Assembly: GCA_003193925.1 (NCBI GenBank)
Contig: PSPG01000005.1
Location: forward strand, 17,840-81,839
DNA: 64,000 nt
Direction of reading: 5' to 3'
From: Candidatus Thalassarchaeum betae
Lineage (GTDB): Archaea > Thermoplasmatota > Poseidoniia > Poseidoniales > Thalassarchaeaceae
The position numbers and the translations under genes were made by a program. The notes under the pieces were generated by a model. It was not told the DNA's origin, made no database searches, and saw only the letters and a program-made list of their open reading frames with translations. Position 1 is the stretch's first letter. Every line of letters begins with the position of its first letter. Positions 1-8,590 of the stretch are shown piece after piece.

Positions 1-221
1 TTGAGTTCGAAGACGGAGTTGGAGAATACCGATCCCCTTTCCGAGCCGGCCTGGTTCAACGTGCTCGGGCCGCCGGGGGTGTCGGCTCGTCCGGGGGTGT
101 CATCGAGTTCGGGCGGCTCGACTGTCGAGGCCACGAATGCCGAGGCGGACACACCGAGGAAGAGCAAGCATATCGAGGCGGCCACGAGTCGGTTGGCCGG
201 AGTTTGTTTTCGTACTCGCAT
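1..221 (-). CDS. 5' part of a secreted or membrane protein (runs off the window edge; not in the ORF track)
   Basis: Manual translation from ATG at 221: MRVRKQTPANRLVAASICLLFLGVSASAFVASTVEPPELDDTPG..., a basic N-region plus hydrophobic H-region like a signal peptide. The frame stays open to position 1. Confidence 0.6.
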   Translation of the reverse strand, partial: MRVRKQTPANRLVAASICLLFLGVSASAFVASTVEPPELDDTPGRADTPGGPSTLNQAGSERGSVFSNSVFEL

Positions 222-265
222 TCGCCCGCCTCGCTGTCCCATTGCAGTTCCAACCAAAGAGATTC

Positions 266-281
266 GTCGGACTAGTCCGAC
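266..281. promoter_or_regulatory. Perfect 16-bp palindrome GTCGGACTAGTCCGAC in the intergenic region
   Basis: Seen directly between the radical SAM stop (346) and the ATG at 221. An operator or terminator role is only an inference. Confidence 0.35.
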
Positions 282-345
282 AAGTGCCTATTCTAGCCAA
301 AAAGCGAAACAGTTGGGAATATGACTATTGCTGTGCCACGGACGC

Positions 346-2127
346 TCATGCATCACAACTGAGCACTGAATCCGCTGTAGCAGGAAAGTTGAGTCTGGCA
401 GCAGCGAATGCTGATTCCACCGAGTCGAACGTCACGCCCCTGGAAGCCGCTCTGGCGCGGGCGGAGACCAGTCTCCAAGCTCCCTTGCCGCCGATTCCCG
501 GGATGGCCATGAACTGCTGCTGCGTGGCGGAGTTGACATCGAGGCCTACCTCGACCCCTGTGATGCTGCGCATGCCATGGCCCGTCACCAGTATGTCAGA
601 GCCGGTCTCGAGGGGGATCTTGTAAGGGACTCCGACGAGAATCGGGTATGCTCCTATCTGCCGGCCGAAGGTGATTCCGGGCGCACCGTGGATGGATGCC
701 TCGCGGTAACTCGGGTCGAGGACCTGCTCGGGCCTGCGGATGCGGTCGTTGTGCGCCTCCCACCAGACGTCCCTCAGGATGGTGCCGATCGGCAGCATCT
801 CCTTGAGGAGCGGTCGGTCGATGCTCTCGCGCACCTCGCGCTTGAACTCGCGGAAGGTCTGCTCCGGGATCTCCTGAAAGCCCCTCCCCTCGACCTGCCG
901 GATGTTGATCCTCCTCAGCCACAGGCCCTCGTTGCGCAGGCTTGCGAGCAACTCGAGGTTCATCCGATATGTCGCCTCGGTCTCGCCGTTGAGCCCGGCG
1001 ATGAAATTGAGTCCCGGCAGCAGCCTCGGCAGGCCCCTCTCGCCTCGCTGCCTGCCGTACTCGTTGACCAGTCGGATGGCGATCCGCAGTTGCTTGGGGT
1101 TGCAGTTCAGCCAGTTCTGCTCGTGCACCGTCGGGTCCGCCGACTCGAGCCCGAAAGAGAGTACTGCGCCATCGGAGAGTGTCTCGACAAGCGTCTTTGT
1201 GATCTCGGTCGAGGGCTCGATGCTCTCTGCGACTATCGAGGGATTGGCGTTGTCCACATGGAGGATGCCGAGTCTCTCGTCCTCGCGCGCACCATGCAGC
1301 ACCTTGGCTATCGGCTCGGGGTCGGGAATCGGGTACTCGAGGTCCTCGACTCCTTCGGCGCGGTAGGTGTAGATGTCAGTCGCGCCGCCGATGCGCACAT
1401 GCCTGACTCCGGCATCCATCGCCGCGGTGAGCTCACCCAGGACGTCTTCCTCGCTGCGCCACAGTGGCAGCCCCTTCTTCGGCTCTATGCAGAACTTGCA
1501 GCCTCGCTTGAAGCGGACGCAGCCCTGGTAGAGCTCGATCTCGTAAGTCAGGGGGCCGGGAGTGCCGTCAGGCGCAGTCAGGTCAGGGTGCTCCATGACG
1601 GCCTTCGACGAGGCCCCGGCATGCGCCCATCTGGTCCATTGCTCGGGCGTCCTCCTCGCGTGACCCCATTCCCCGGTCGACAGGTAGTGGTCGAGACTCG
1701 CATCGGTGTCCTGGACCGCGCAGAAAAGGTTCGAGCGCAGCGGGGTCCAGCCGTCGTAGCGCCAGTGGCGGATTGCCCAGCCGCCGCACAGGACTGGCTG
1801 CCCGCTGGGCAGTATCGCGAGGACCTCGTCCATCTCGCGGCGGCTGATCGGGGTGCCTCTGACGTACTTGCCAGGCACCACAGCGCCTGCCAGCACCACC
1901 GCGCCGTCCAACTCGGACAGCTCGAGCTTGAGGGCATTCCTGTCCTCGGGCTCTGCCAGACGGGGCTTCTGGTACATCCGCCACTCATCGATGGTCATGT
2001 AGGTGTATGGGACGCCTCGGGCCTCCAGCACTCCGCAGATGTAACGTATGTGGAAACCGAGGTAGTTCGGCACCCCGAAGGCGGCAGGCTCGTCCTCGTA
2101 ACCGTCGAGGACAAGCCATCCTTCCAT
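346..2127 (-). CDS. Radical SAM protein with C-terminal helix-hairpin-helix (COG1031-like)
   Basis: N-terminal LDGYEDEPAAFGVPNY, Cys motif GCVRFKRGCKFC, LRRINIRQV, FGRQIGAYPILVG, and HhH IPGIGGKGAWRL. Confidence 0.85.
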   Translation of the reverse strand: MEGWLVLDGYEDEPAAFGVPNYLGFHIRYICGVLEARGVPYTYMTIDEWRMYQKPRLAEPEDRNALKLELSELDGAVVLAGAVVPGKYVRGTPISRREMDEVLAILPSGQPVLCGGWAIRHWRYDGWTPLRSNLFCAVQDTDASLDHYLSTGEWGHARRTPEQWTRWAHAGASSKAVMEHPDLTAPDGTPGPLTYEIELYQGCVRFKRGCKFCIEPKKGLPLWRSEEDVLGELTAAMDAGVRHVRIGGATDIYTYRAEGVEDLEYPIPDPEPIAKVLHGAREDERLGILHVDNANPSIVAESIEPSTEITKTLVETLSDGAVLSFGLESADPTVHEQNWLNCNPKQLRIAIRLVNEYGRQRGERGLPRLLPGLNFIAGLNGETEATYRMNLELLASLRNEGLWLRRINIRQVEGRGFQEIPEQTFREFKREVRESIDRPLLKEMLPIGTILRDVWWEAHNDRIRRPEQVLDPSYREASIHGAPGITFGRQIGAYPILVGVPYKIPLETGSDILVTGHGMRSITGVEVGLDVNSATQQQFMAIPGIGGKGAWRLVSARARAASRGVTFDSVESAFAAARLNFPATADSVLSCDA

Positions 2128-2172
2128 CGTAGCCCCGGTAAGGCGGCCGGTTTCCTAGTATTCACCGCTTCG

Positions 2173-3435
2173 CTAGTTTCGGCGCGGGCGCCTCTTGCGC
2201 TCCCTGCCGCCGCTGGGGTTGGACTCCTGCACGCTCATCTTGCGGCCGTGCAGCTTAGTGTTGTTGAGTTCCCTGATGGCTGCGAGGCCGGCCTTCTTGC
2301 TGGTGAATGTGACGAAGGCGAAGCCCCTCGAGCGTCCGGTCTCCCTGTCGGTGGCGATGTGGACCTCCTTCAGTTCGCCATGCGCCGAGAAGATCTCCCT
2401 CAGCTCGTCCTCGGTGGCATCGTAGGAGACTCCGCCCACGAACAGCTTGGCGCCCATCGCCTCACCTGCTCCCGCGCGTGCCGCGTTCATCACCTCGCGC
2501 TCCTTGGCGAGCTCGTCCCTCGAGGCCTTGCCGTCCTTGACCCTGTCCATGCAGTCCCGGCATCGAATCGGCTTGCCGGGAGTCGGTTTGAATGGAACTT
2601 GAGTCTTGGTTCCGCACAAGGTGCAGGTAGTCGGATGCATCTCGCGCCGCGGCCTGCCTCCTCCGGCGCCTCGTGACTGGGATGCCCGTGCACGGCGGGC
2701 CGAGGCCGGCATCTCGTGACTCATTCCACGGCGGTGATCGGCTACTGGGGAGAGGTAGGGGCGTGCGCCGTCGTGGCCGAGCAACGGCTCGGCCTCGGGC
2801 GACCAGCGCGCCCCGGGCCGGTTCAGTGACTGTATGTCCTCGCCGATGACATGCCCGTGGCCGAAGCCATTGGACAGGACCCTGTAACCGGTGTAGTCGC
2901 AGCGTGGGCATGCGACGTTGAAGTCGGGAGTCTCGCTGGAAGTCTCCAGGTCCTCTCCGCACTGCGGGCAGAGAGCGTGGAGGACTCCGAGCTCGGGGTC
3001 ATCGCGGGTCGTGGCCTTGAGCATGGGGTCGAGCTCGACTATGCGCGCGCGGATGATGTCCCTCTTGCGCATGGCATCGCCGGCTGAGGGAAGGAAGCGG
3101 TCGACGAAATTGGTGACGTAGATGTCAGCGAACAGTTTCAGTGCTGGGAGGTCCCTGTGCCCCCCGTCCTTGCCCTCGATGTGGAGCAGGCGGACCTCGG
3201 CGGTCTTGGGGTTGAGCCGATTGACCTCAGCGATGATCACATCGCCGATCTCGGGGGAGTTGACCGATGGCCTGATCGACTCCACTGACATCTTCCCGTT
3301 GCTTTGGACCAGGGTCCCTGTGACCACTGCGACGGCGCCCGATACATCATCGTGAATCCCATCGCCGGCCTCCACACCGTCGGGGATTGCGACGGAGGAG
3401 CCTGGTGTGACGAAGTCGCCTGCTGCAGCGGTCAT
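2173..3435 (-). CDS. csl4: Exosome RNA-binding protein Csl4 fused to a CxxC-x17-CxxC zinc ribbon and an RRM domain
   Basis: FVTPG N-terminus, S1 domain (GDVIIAEV...DIIRARIV), Zn ribbon (CPQC...CPRC), then CTLC...CRDC, then an RRM (KLFVGG RNP2; RSRGFAFVTF RNP1). Confidence 0.85.
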   Translation of the reverse strand: MTAAAGDFVTPGSSVAIPDGVEAGDGIHDDVSGAVAVVTGTLVQSNGKMSVESIRPSVNSPEIGDVIIAEVNRLNPKTAEVRLLHIEGKDGGHRDLPALKLFADIYVTNFVDRFLPSAGDAMRKRDIIRARIVELDPMLKATTRDDPELGVLHALCPQCGEDLETSSETPDFNVACPRCDYTGYRVLSNGFGHGHVIGEDIQSLNRPGARWSPEAEPLLGHDGARPYLSPVADHRRGMSHEMPASARRARASQSRGAGGGRPRREMHPTTCTLCGTKTQVPFKPTPGKPIRCRDCMDRVKDGKASRDELAKEREVMNAARAGAGEAMGAKLFVGGVSYDATEDELREIFSAHGELKEVHIATDRETGRSRGFAFVTFTSKKAGLAAIRELNNTKLHGRKMSVQESNPSGGRERKRRPRRN

Positions 3436-3491
3436 CGGCCCGCCGACCGGACAACTCCCTATGAACGGTCCGGAGGGATTGAGCCGCAGGC

Positions 3492-4106
3492 TCAGGGAGG
3501 TGTGAGCCGCCAGAAAGCGACTCTTGTGCGCCCCCGTTGGCGGCTGTGGTGCGAGTATGCCGCCGGGAGGGCGAAGTCAGCCTCGCCGTATCTCTCGGTA
3601 GACCAGTCCGAGGCCTCGAACAACGGCTCGATGTGACTGGCTTCGGCGCTGTGCAGAAGATGGGCAGGGAGGCCGGAAGACAGGATGGCGTCGAGGAAGG
3701 GGCGGTCTGCCTTGGCGGTCTGGCGGCCCCAGGGCGGGTTGCTGACGATCAAATCGGCAGCGCCAAGATCGACCGGGTCCGAGCCCAGCGTCGCGGAGAC
3801 GATCTCGACGGACTCAGCAAGCCCCATCGACTCGGCGTTCGCCAGCGCCGCATCGCAAGCCCCTGGGTCGGCCTCCACGAGAATTGCTCGGCCCGCGCCC
3901 ATCGCAAGCGCCCCCAGCCCGAGCACGCCGTTGCCCGCACCGAGGTCTGCCACGGTGCAGCCCTCGGTGAGGTCGCCGAACGCGGAGATGTCGGTGAGCC
4001 AGCGAGCCGCTAGGTCGCCGTCGGTGGTGTACTGCTCGAGCTCGACGGAGTCGCATGGGTGCGGAAGCAGGCCCGACAGCAGCATCCCGAGCCTGCGGAC
4101 CCTCAT
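3492..4106 (-). CDS. METTL5-family SAM-dependent methyltransferase (putative rRNA m6A methyltransferase)
   Basis: LEQYTT, DLGAGNG motif I and NPPW motif IV. Start moved to the ATG at 4106 (MRVRRL). Confidence 0.85.
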   Translation of the reverse strand: MRVRRLGMLLSGLLPHPCDSVELEQYTTDGDLAARWLTDISAFGDLTEGCTVADLGAGNGVLGLGALAMGAGRAILVEADPGACDAALANAESMGLAESVEIVSATLGSDPVDLGAADLIVSNPPWGRQTAKADRPFLDAILSSGLPAHLLHSAEASHIEPLFEASDWSTERYGEADFALPAAYSHHSRQRGRTRVAFWRLTPP

Positions 4107-4217
4107 GGGCTCGCTAGGGCCGCTAGTACCTAAGAACCAATTCAGCGACTCTCCTGAGCGACCACCTCCCAACATGCGGGCAGAGGCACAAAATACGATG
4201 GGTTGTTCGCCCGATGC

Positions 4218-6830
4218 ATGACTTCCTCGGCCAGAGGTAGGGCCCGAACATCGATGCTCATTCTGACGATGTTCCTGACGAGCGCCTTCCTCGCTGTGTC
4301 ACCCACTGCCATCGCAGAAGGTGGCGCACGCTCGTCACACACCTACGTCGAGCAATTCGGTGCCGGCTTCAACGAGACGGTCATCGCCACAGACAGTGAC
4401 GACCTCAACGTCCCGCGAGACCTCGAATTCCACCCTAGTTCGTCCCGGCAAAACGAACTCTGGGTCATAAATCGCGCCACTGACAGCGTCACCATCATAC
4501 ACAGTGCAGGCCTAGCAGGCCAGTCTAGCGAGAACAGGCAGGACGCATACGGCAACCACTTCATGGAGGAGGTCAGCGCATTCGCCTTCGGACAAGACCA
4601 TTCCGAGTTCGACTACATCTTCGCCTCGGCCCAAGAAACCCGCAACACGTACAACGGCCAGCAACCACCGAACAATTTCATGGGGCCGGCACTCTGGCCT
4701 TCGTCGCTCTCCCACTTCGCCATGGAGAACCAGCAACCAGGCGGACGCTTGGGTAGCCACCTCGACATGCTGCACGAGAGTCCGAACGGGATGGGCATCG
4801 CCCACGACTCGGGCAACGCCTACTGGTACAACGACGGCTACTACGGTGAATTGGTGTATTACGACTTCCACGACGACCACAATACCGGTGGAGATGACCA
4901 CGACGACGGTGTCGTTCGACGCTACACCGAGATCACCCCCACACGCAGAGCAGGCGTCCCCGGTCACATGGTACTCGACAAGGCGAATGGAATCCTCTAC
5001 ATCGCCGACACCGGGGCTGGCCGAGTTCTCTGGGTCAACACCGACGACCCCACCACCACGACGGCGGACATCATGGGTTCGAGCACGCAGAAGGACTCGG
5101 AGCTGGCAGAGTACAGCGAGATCACCGACGTGGAATGGGGTGTCCTCGTCCCCAGCCTTTCCTCTCCTTCCGGCATCGCCCTGCACGGTGACACGCTCTT
5201 CGTATCGCAAAACGGCAACGGGAAGATCAGCGCCTACGAGCTTGCAAATGACGGCAAGAGCGGCACTCACATGCAGACAGTCGACACCAACGCCAACTCA
5301 ATCATGGGCCTTGAGGTAGGACCGGGCGACAAACTCTGGTACGTCGACGCGGGATTGAACCGTGTCATCAGAATCGACCCCTTCCCCGACGCCGACATCG
5401 ATGGCATCCGCGACAGCCTCGACGACTGCCCGGTGACCTATGGCACCAGCACAGAGGACCGTCTCGGGTGCCCTGACACGGACGATGACGGCTGGTCCGA
5501 CGATGGTGACGCATTCATGTTCGACATCACCCAATGGGCCGATCGCGACTCCGACGGGTACGGCGACAACCCCCCGCCCGCCAGCGCCCCCGACGACTGC
5601 CCCGATGTCTGGGGCAACTCGACCCTGGACAGTCTGGGTTGCCTGGACGGCGATGGTGACGGCTGGTCTGAGGCCAGCGACACCTATCCGAACGACAAAC
5701 TGCTGTGGTCGGATGATGACGGGGATGGCTACGCCGACCAATCGGGGACTGACCTCTCCGACGACTGCCCCGGAGTGGCCGGGACCTCGATCTGGGGTCT
5801 ATTAGGCTGCATCGACACCGATGGCGACGGTTGGGCGGACACCGAGGACGAGTATCCAATGGATGTCTCGCAGTGGCGTGACACCGACGAGGATGGATAC
5901 GGCGACAACGGTGAGGGCACAGACGGTGACCTCTGCCCCTTGCAAGAGGGCTACTCGACCATCGACCGTCTCGGCTGTCCCGATGCTGACGAGGACGGTT
6001 ATTCCGACCCGGCGGACGCATGGACCGTGGATGACGGCGCTGACGCATTCCCCAGTGACGACTCGCAGTGGCGAGACTCGGATTTGGACGGATTCGGTGA
6101 CAATCCCGCACCTGCCAACATGGCCGACGTCTGCCCGGTGACCTATGGCACCAGCACAGAGGACCGCCTCGGGTGCCCTGACACGGACGATGACGGCTGG
6201 TCAGACGATGGTGATGCATTCGCGTTCGACATCACCCAGTGGGCCGATGGCGACTCCGACGGGTACGGCGACAACCCCGCGCCCGCGAGCGCCCCCGACG
6301 GCTGCCCCGAAGTCTGGGGCAACTCGACCCTGGACAGTCTGGGTTGCCTGGACGGCGACGGTGACGGCTGGTCTGAGGCCAGCGATCCCTATCCGAACGA
6401 CAAACTGCTGTGGTCGGATGATGACGGGGATGGCTACGCCGACCAATCGGGGACCGACCTCTCCGACGACTGCCCCGGAGTGGCTGGAGCCTCGATCGAG
6501 GACCGACTAGGCTGCATCGACACCGATGGCGACGGTTGGTCCGACGAGGCCGACTACTATCCAGCAGACGCGGAGCGTCACGTCAAGAGCAACCTCCCGA
6601 TGATCGTACTCATCGCGGCAATCGTCGCAGGGACAGCTACATTGCTGATTCTGCGCCGAAGGTCGAGAAGAACCGCCTCGCATGCCCTCGGGCAACCCCC
6701 AATCGCTCCACCGCCCGCACCCGCGGCGGTACAGCAGGCCCCGCCCAGACCCGCCGGTGGCCTACCGCCGGGATGGACTGAGGAGCAGTGGGAATACTAC
6801 GGACAAGAGTGGCTCGACGGCGACAACTGA
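4218..6830 (+). CDS. Secreted, C-terminally membrane-anchored protein with a beta-propeller-like domain and thrombospondin type-3 (Ca-binding) repeats
   Basis: Signal-like N-terminus, many DxDxDGxxD / D-x-C-P repeats, TM segment LPMIVLIAAIVAGTATLLIL followed by RRRSRR, Pro-rich linker and terminal GLPPGWTEEQWEYYG. The start codon is uncertain. Confidence 0.85.
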   Translation: MTSSARGRARTSMLILTMFLTSAFLAVSPTAIAEGGARSSHTYVEQFGAGFNETVIATDSDDLNVPRDLEFHPSSSRQNELWVINRATDSVTIIHSAGLAGQSSENRQDAYGNHFMEEVSAFAFGQDHSEFDYIFASAQETRNTYNGQQPPNNFMGPALWPSSLSHFAMENQQPGGRLGSHLDMLHESPNGMGIAHDSGNAYWYNDGYYGELVYYDFHDDHNTGGDDHDDGVVRRYTEITPTRRAGVPGHMVLDKANGILYIADTGAGRVLWVNTDDPTTTTADIMGSSTQKDSELAEYSEITDVEWGVLVPSLSSPSGIALHGDTLFVSQNGNGKISAYELANDGKSGTHMQTVDTNANSIMGLEVGPGDKLWYVDAGLNRVIRIDPFPDADIDGIRDSLDDCPVTYGTSTEDRLGCPDTDDDGWSDDGDAFMFDITQWADRDSDGYGDNPPPASAPDDCPDVWGNSTLDSLGCLDGDGDGWSEASDTYPNDKLLWSDDDGDGYADQSGTDLSDDCPGVAGTSIWGLLGCIDTDGDGWADTEDEYPMDVSQWRDTDEDGYGDNGEGTDGDLCPLQEGYSTIDRLGCPDADEDGYSDPADAWTVDDGADAFPSDDSQWRDSDLDGFGDNPAPANMADVCPVTYGTSTEDRLGCPDTDDDGWSDDGDAFAFDITQWADGDSDGYGDNPAPASAPDGCPEVWGNSTLDSLGCLDGDGDGWSEASDPYPNDKLLWSDDDGDGYADQSGTDLSDDCPGVAGASIEDRLGCIDTDGDGWSDEADYYPADAERHVKSNLPMIVLIAAIVAGTATLLILRRRSRRTASHALGQPPIAPPPAPAAVQQAPPRPAGGLPPGWTEEQWEYYGQEWLDGDN
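5426..6540 (+). repeat. Intragenic direct duplication of about 410 bp (5426-~5835 and 6131-~6540, offset 705 nt)
   Basis: CTGCCCGGTGACCTATGGCACCAGCACAGAGGACCG occurs at both 5426 and 6131. The following ~135 aa (CPVTYGTSTEDRLG...GCIDTDGDGW) are nearly identical. Confidence 0.9.
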
Positions 6831-6937
6831 TGTCGGAGAGCCATCGGGCCGCTAATACCCATGAACCGATTCAGTGGTTTGCTGGGTTCCCAATCCATAT
6901 TTCTCAGAGTTGAAATACCGCCAAGTCGAAGGGTACT

Positions 6938-7990
6938 ATGAGCGCGATGTCGGAGATGCTGTCATATGGCCTTCTAGCTCTGGTTATCGGCCTGGTGATA
7001 CTAATCGTCTACGCCCTCTCACTACTCAAGGCGATACAACAGGAGTCGTCTGTCATTCGTGATCAGGCCACCCTAATCCATACACAGGGGGAAGTGCAGA
7101 AGGAGGCGATTGGAAATCTGGATTTCACAGTAAAACCAGAGATGATCTCAGCTGGAATCGGCCAGAGCCAAGCGGTCATCACCAAGGGCATCCAAGCTGG
7201 GCTGGACGATGCCAAGTTCGGTGAGCGAATCGGCGCTATTGACACCAATGCAGCAGCAATCCTCAGCGCGAACGCCCAGATTCTGACGCTGTTCCAGGGT
7301 GGAGGCCATGAAGCCTCTGGCTGGGCTGAGATAGAACTGGAGAAGTTGCTGAAGGACAAGTTCAGCGATGTGAAGATTCGCAAGCGAGTGGCGAAACTTG
7401 ACGGCGCTGTGCCCGATGCTCACCTCGAACTGTCCAATGGAGATATCCTGTGCATTGACTCGAAGTTTCCCCTCGGGACGTTTAGCCGTATGGCAGCAGA
7501 ACCCGACGGCCGCAAGCGCAAGCCGCTACAGGAAGCTTTCATCAAAGCCCTGCGTGGACACATCGACAAGGTTGCGCAGACCTACGTCAAGCCCGAGAAG
7601 GGCACCACGGAAGTCGCCTACATGTATATCGGCTCGGAAGCGGTGTATCACCATCTCATCAATCCTATGAACGAGTCGGAGTCGAGTCTCATCAGGGATG
7701 CTGCGGGCACAGGTGTAATCGTTTGCTCCCCATCGACATTGATGGCCAACATGCATCTTGTTCGGATAGCGGAGCAGGCTATGGGCATCTCAGAGCATAC
7801 GGGGGAGATTGTCGCTGGCCACAAGCAACTGCGTAAGGACCTCGACGACCTGAAGAACATCTGGATGACCCTGATGAACCAGATTAAGGACTCCTACAAC
7901 AATCGGGCCAAGGTGCAGGATGCCATCGACTCGCTCGAGCGCATCGTGAAGTCACTAGAGAGCCTCGACTTGAGTGGGGATGAAGACTGA
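6938..7990 (+). CDS. rmuC: RmuC-family protein (N-terminal TM, coiled coil, PD-(D/E)xK-like domain)
   Basis: WAEIELEKLL, PDAHLEL...IDSKFP, YMYIGSEAVY and VIVCSPSTL match RmuC motifs. Confidence 0.8.
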   Translation: MSAMSEMLSYGLLALVIGLVILIVYALSLLKAIQQESSVIRDQATLIHTQGEVQKEAIGNLDFTVKPEMISAGIGQSQAVITKGIQAGLDDAKFGERIGAIDTNAAAILSANAQILTLFQGGGHEASGWAEIELEKLLKDKFSDVKIRKRVAKLDGAVPDAHLELSNGDILCIDSKFPLGTFSRMAAEPDGRKRKPLQEAFIKALRGHIDKVAQTYVKPEKGTTEVAYMYIGSEAVYHHLINPMNESESSLIRDAAGTGVIVCSPSTLMANMHLVRIAEQAMGISEHTGEIVAGHKQLRKDLDDLKNIWMTLMNQIKDSYNNRAKVQDAIDSLERIVKSLESLDLSGDED

Positions 7991-8008
7991 GGGGCCCCTC
8001 GCGACTAC

Positions 8009-8590
8009 ATGGTCGATTGGTCGGCTCACGAGTACCGCGCCGTGGTCCACCTGCCGGAGGACTACACGATCCTCGACCTGAGCGGCGGAACCTGGACTCC
8101 GCCGAATACAGAGTACAGCGTCGGCAAGTACGACGAGGTCCGCCCTAACATGTACAACACCGAGCTGTTCGGCGGAACTCGCCTGATTCACATGGGAATC
8201 GACATCGGCGGACCGGTAGGGACTCCGTGCATGGCCTTCGCTGACGGCGGGGTCTCCCACTTCGGCTACAACCCGGAACCGGGTGATTACGGCAACGTCG
8301 TCATCATCAGGCACGACATAGATGGGACTCCGGTGTGGGCGCTCTACGGCCATATGGACGCGGTCTCGATCGAAGGAAAGACAGTGGGTCAGAAGGTGAG
8401 TGCGGGCGAGGAGATAGCCTGGTTCGGAGCCCGCCACGAGAACGGCGGCTGGGAGCCGCACCTCCACCTCCAGCTCTCGCTCGTCGAGCCTGAGACACAT
8501 GACCTCCCCGGGGTCGTCGCACCCGAGGACAGGGAGCAGGCGCTGCTCGACTACCCCGACCCGAGGCTGGTCCTCGGGCCGCTCTACTGA
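8009..8590 (+). CDS. M23-family metallopeptidase domain protein, no signal peptide
   Basis: HxxxD (IHMGID), YGN, LYGHM and HxH (PHLHLQ). Confidence 0.85.
   Translation: MVDWSAHEYRAVVHLPEDYTILDLSGGTWTPPNTEYSVGKYDEVRPNMYNTELFGGTRLIHMGIDIGGPVGTPCMAFADGGVSHFGYNPEPGDYGNVVIIRHDIDGTPVWALYGHMDAVSIEGKTVGQKVSAGEEIAWFGARHENGGWEPHLHLQLSLVEPETHDLPGVVAPEDREQALLDYPDPRLVLGPLY

Noticed and set aside
577-2676. 699-aa plus-strand ORF, and other long antisense ORFs (e.g. 18383-19597, 29087-30289, 57169-58299, 61661-62734)
   Set aside because: These are shadows of well-supported genes on the opposite strand. Long stop-free antisense frames are expected at this GC content, and none shows a recognisable motif.
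5400-6560. Short Asp/Gly-rich repeated DNA words resembling a repeat array
   Set aside because: They encode in-frame TSP3 repeats inside a CDS. There are no constant repeats with unique spacers and no cas genes, so this is not a CRISPR.
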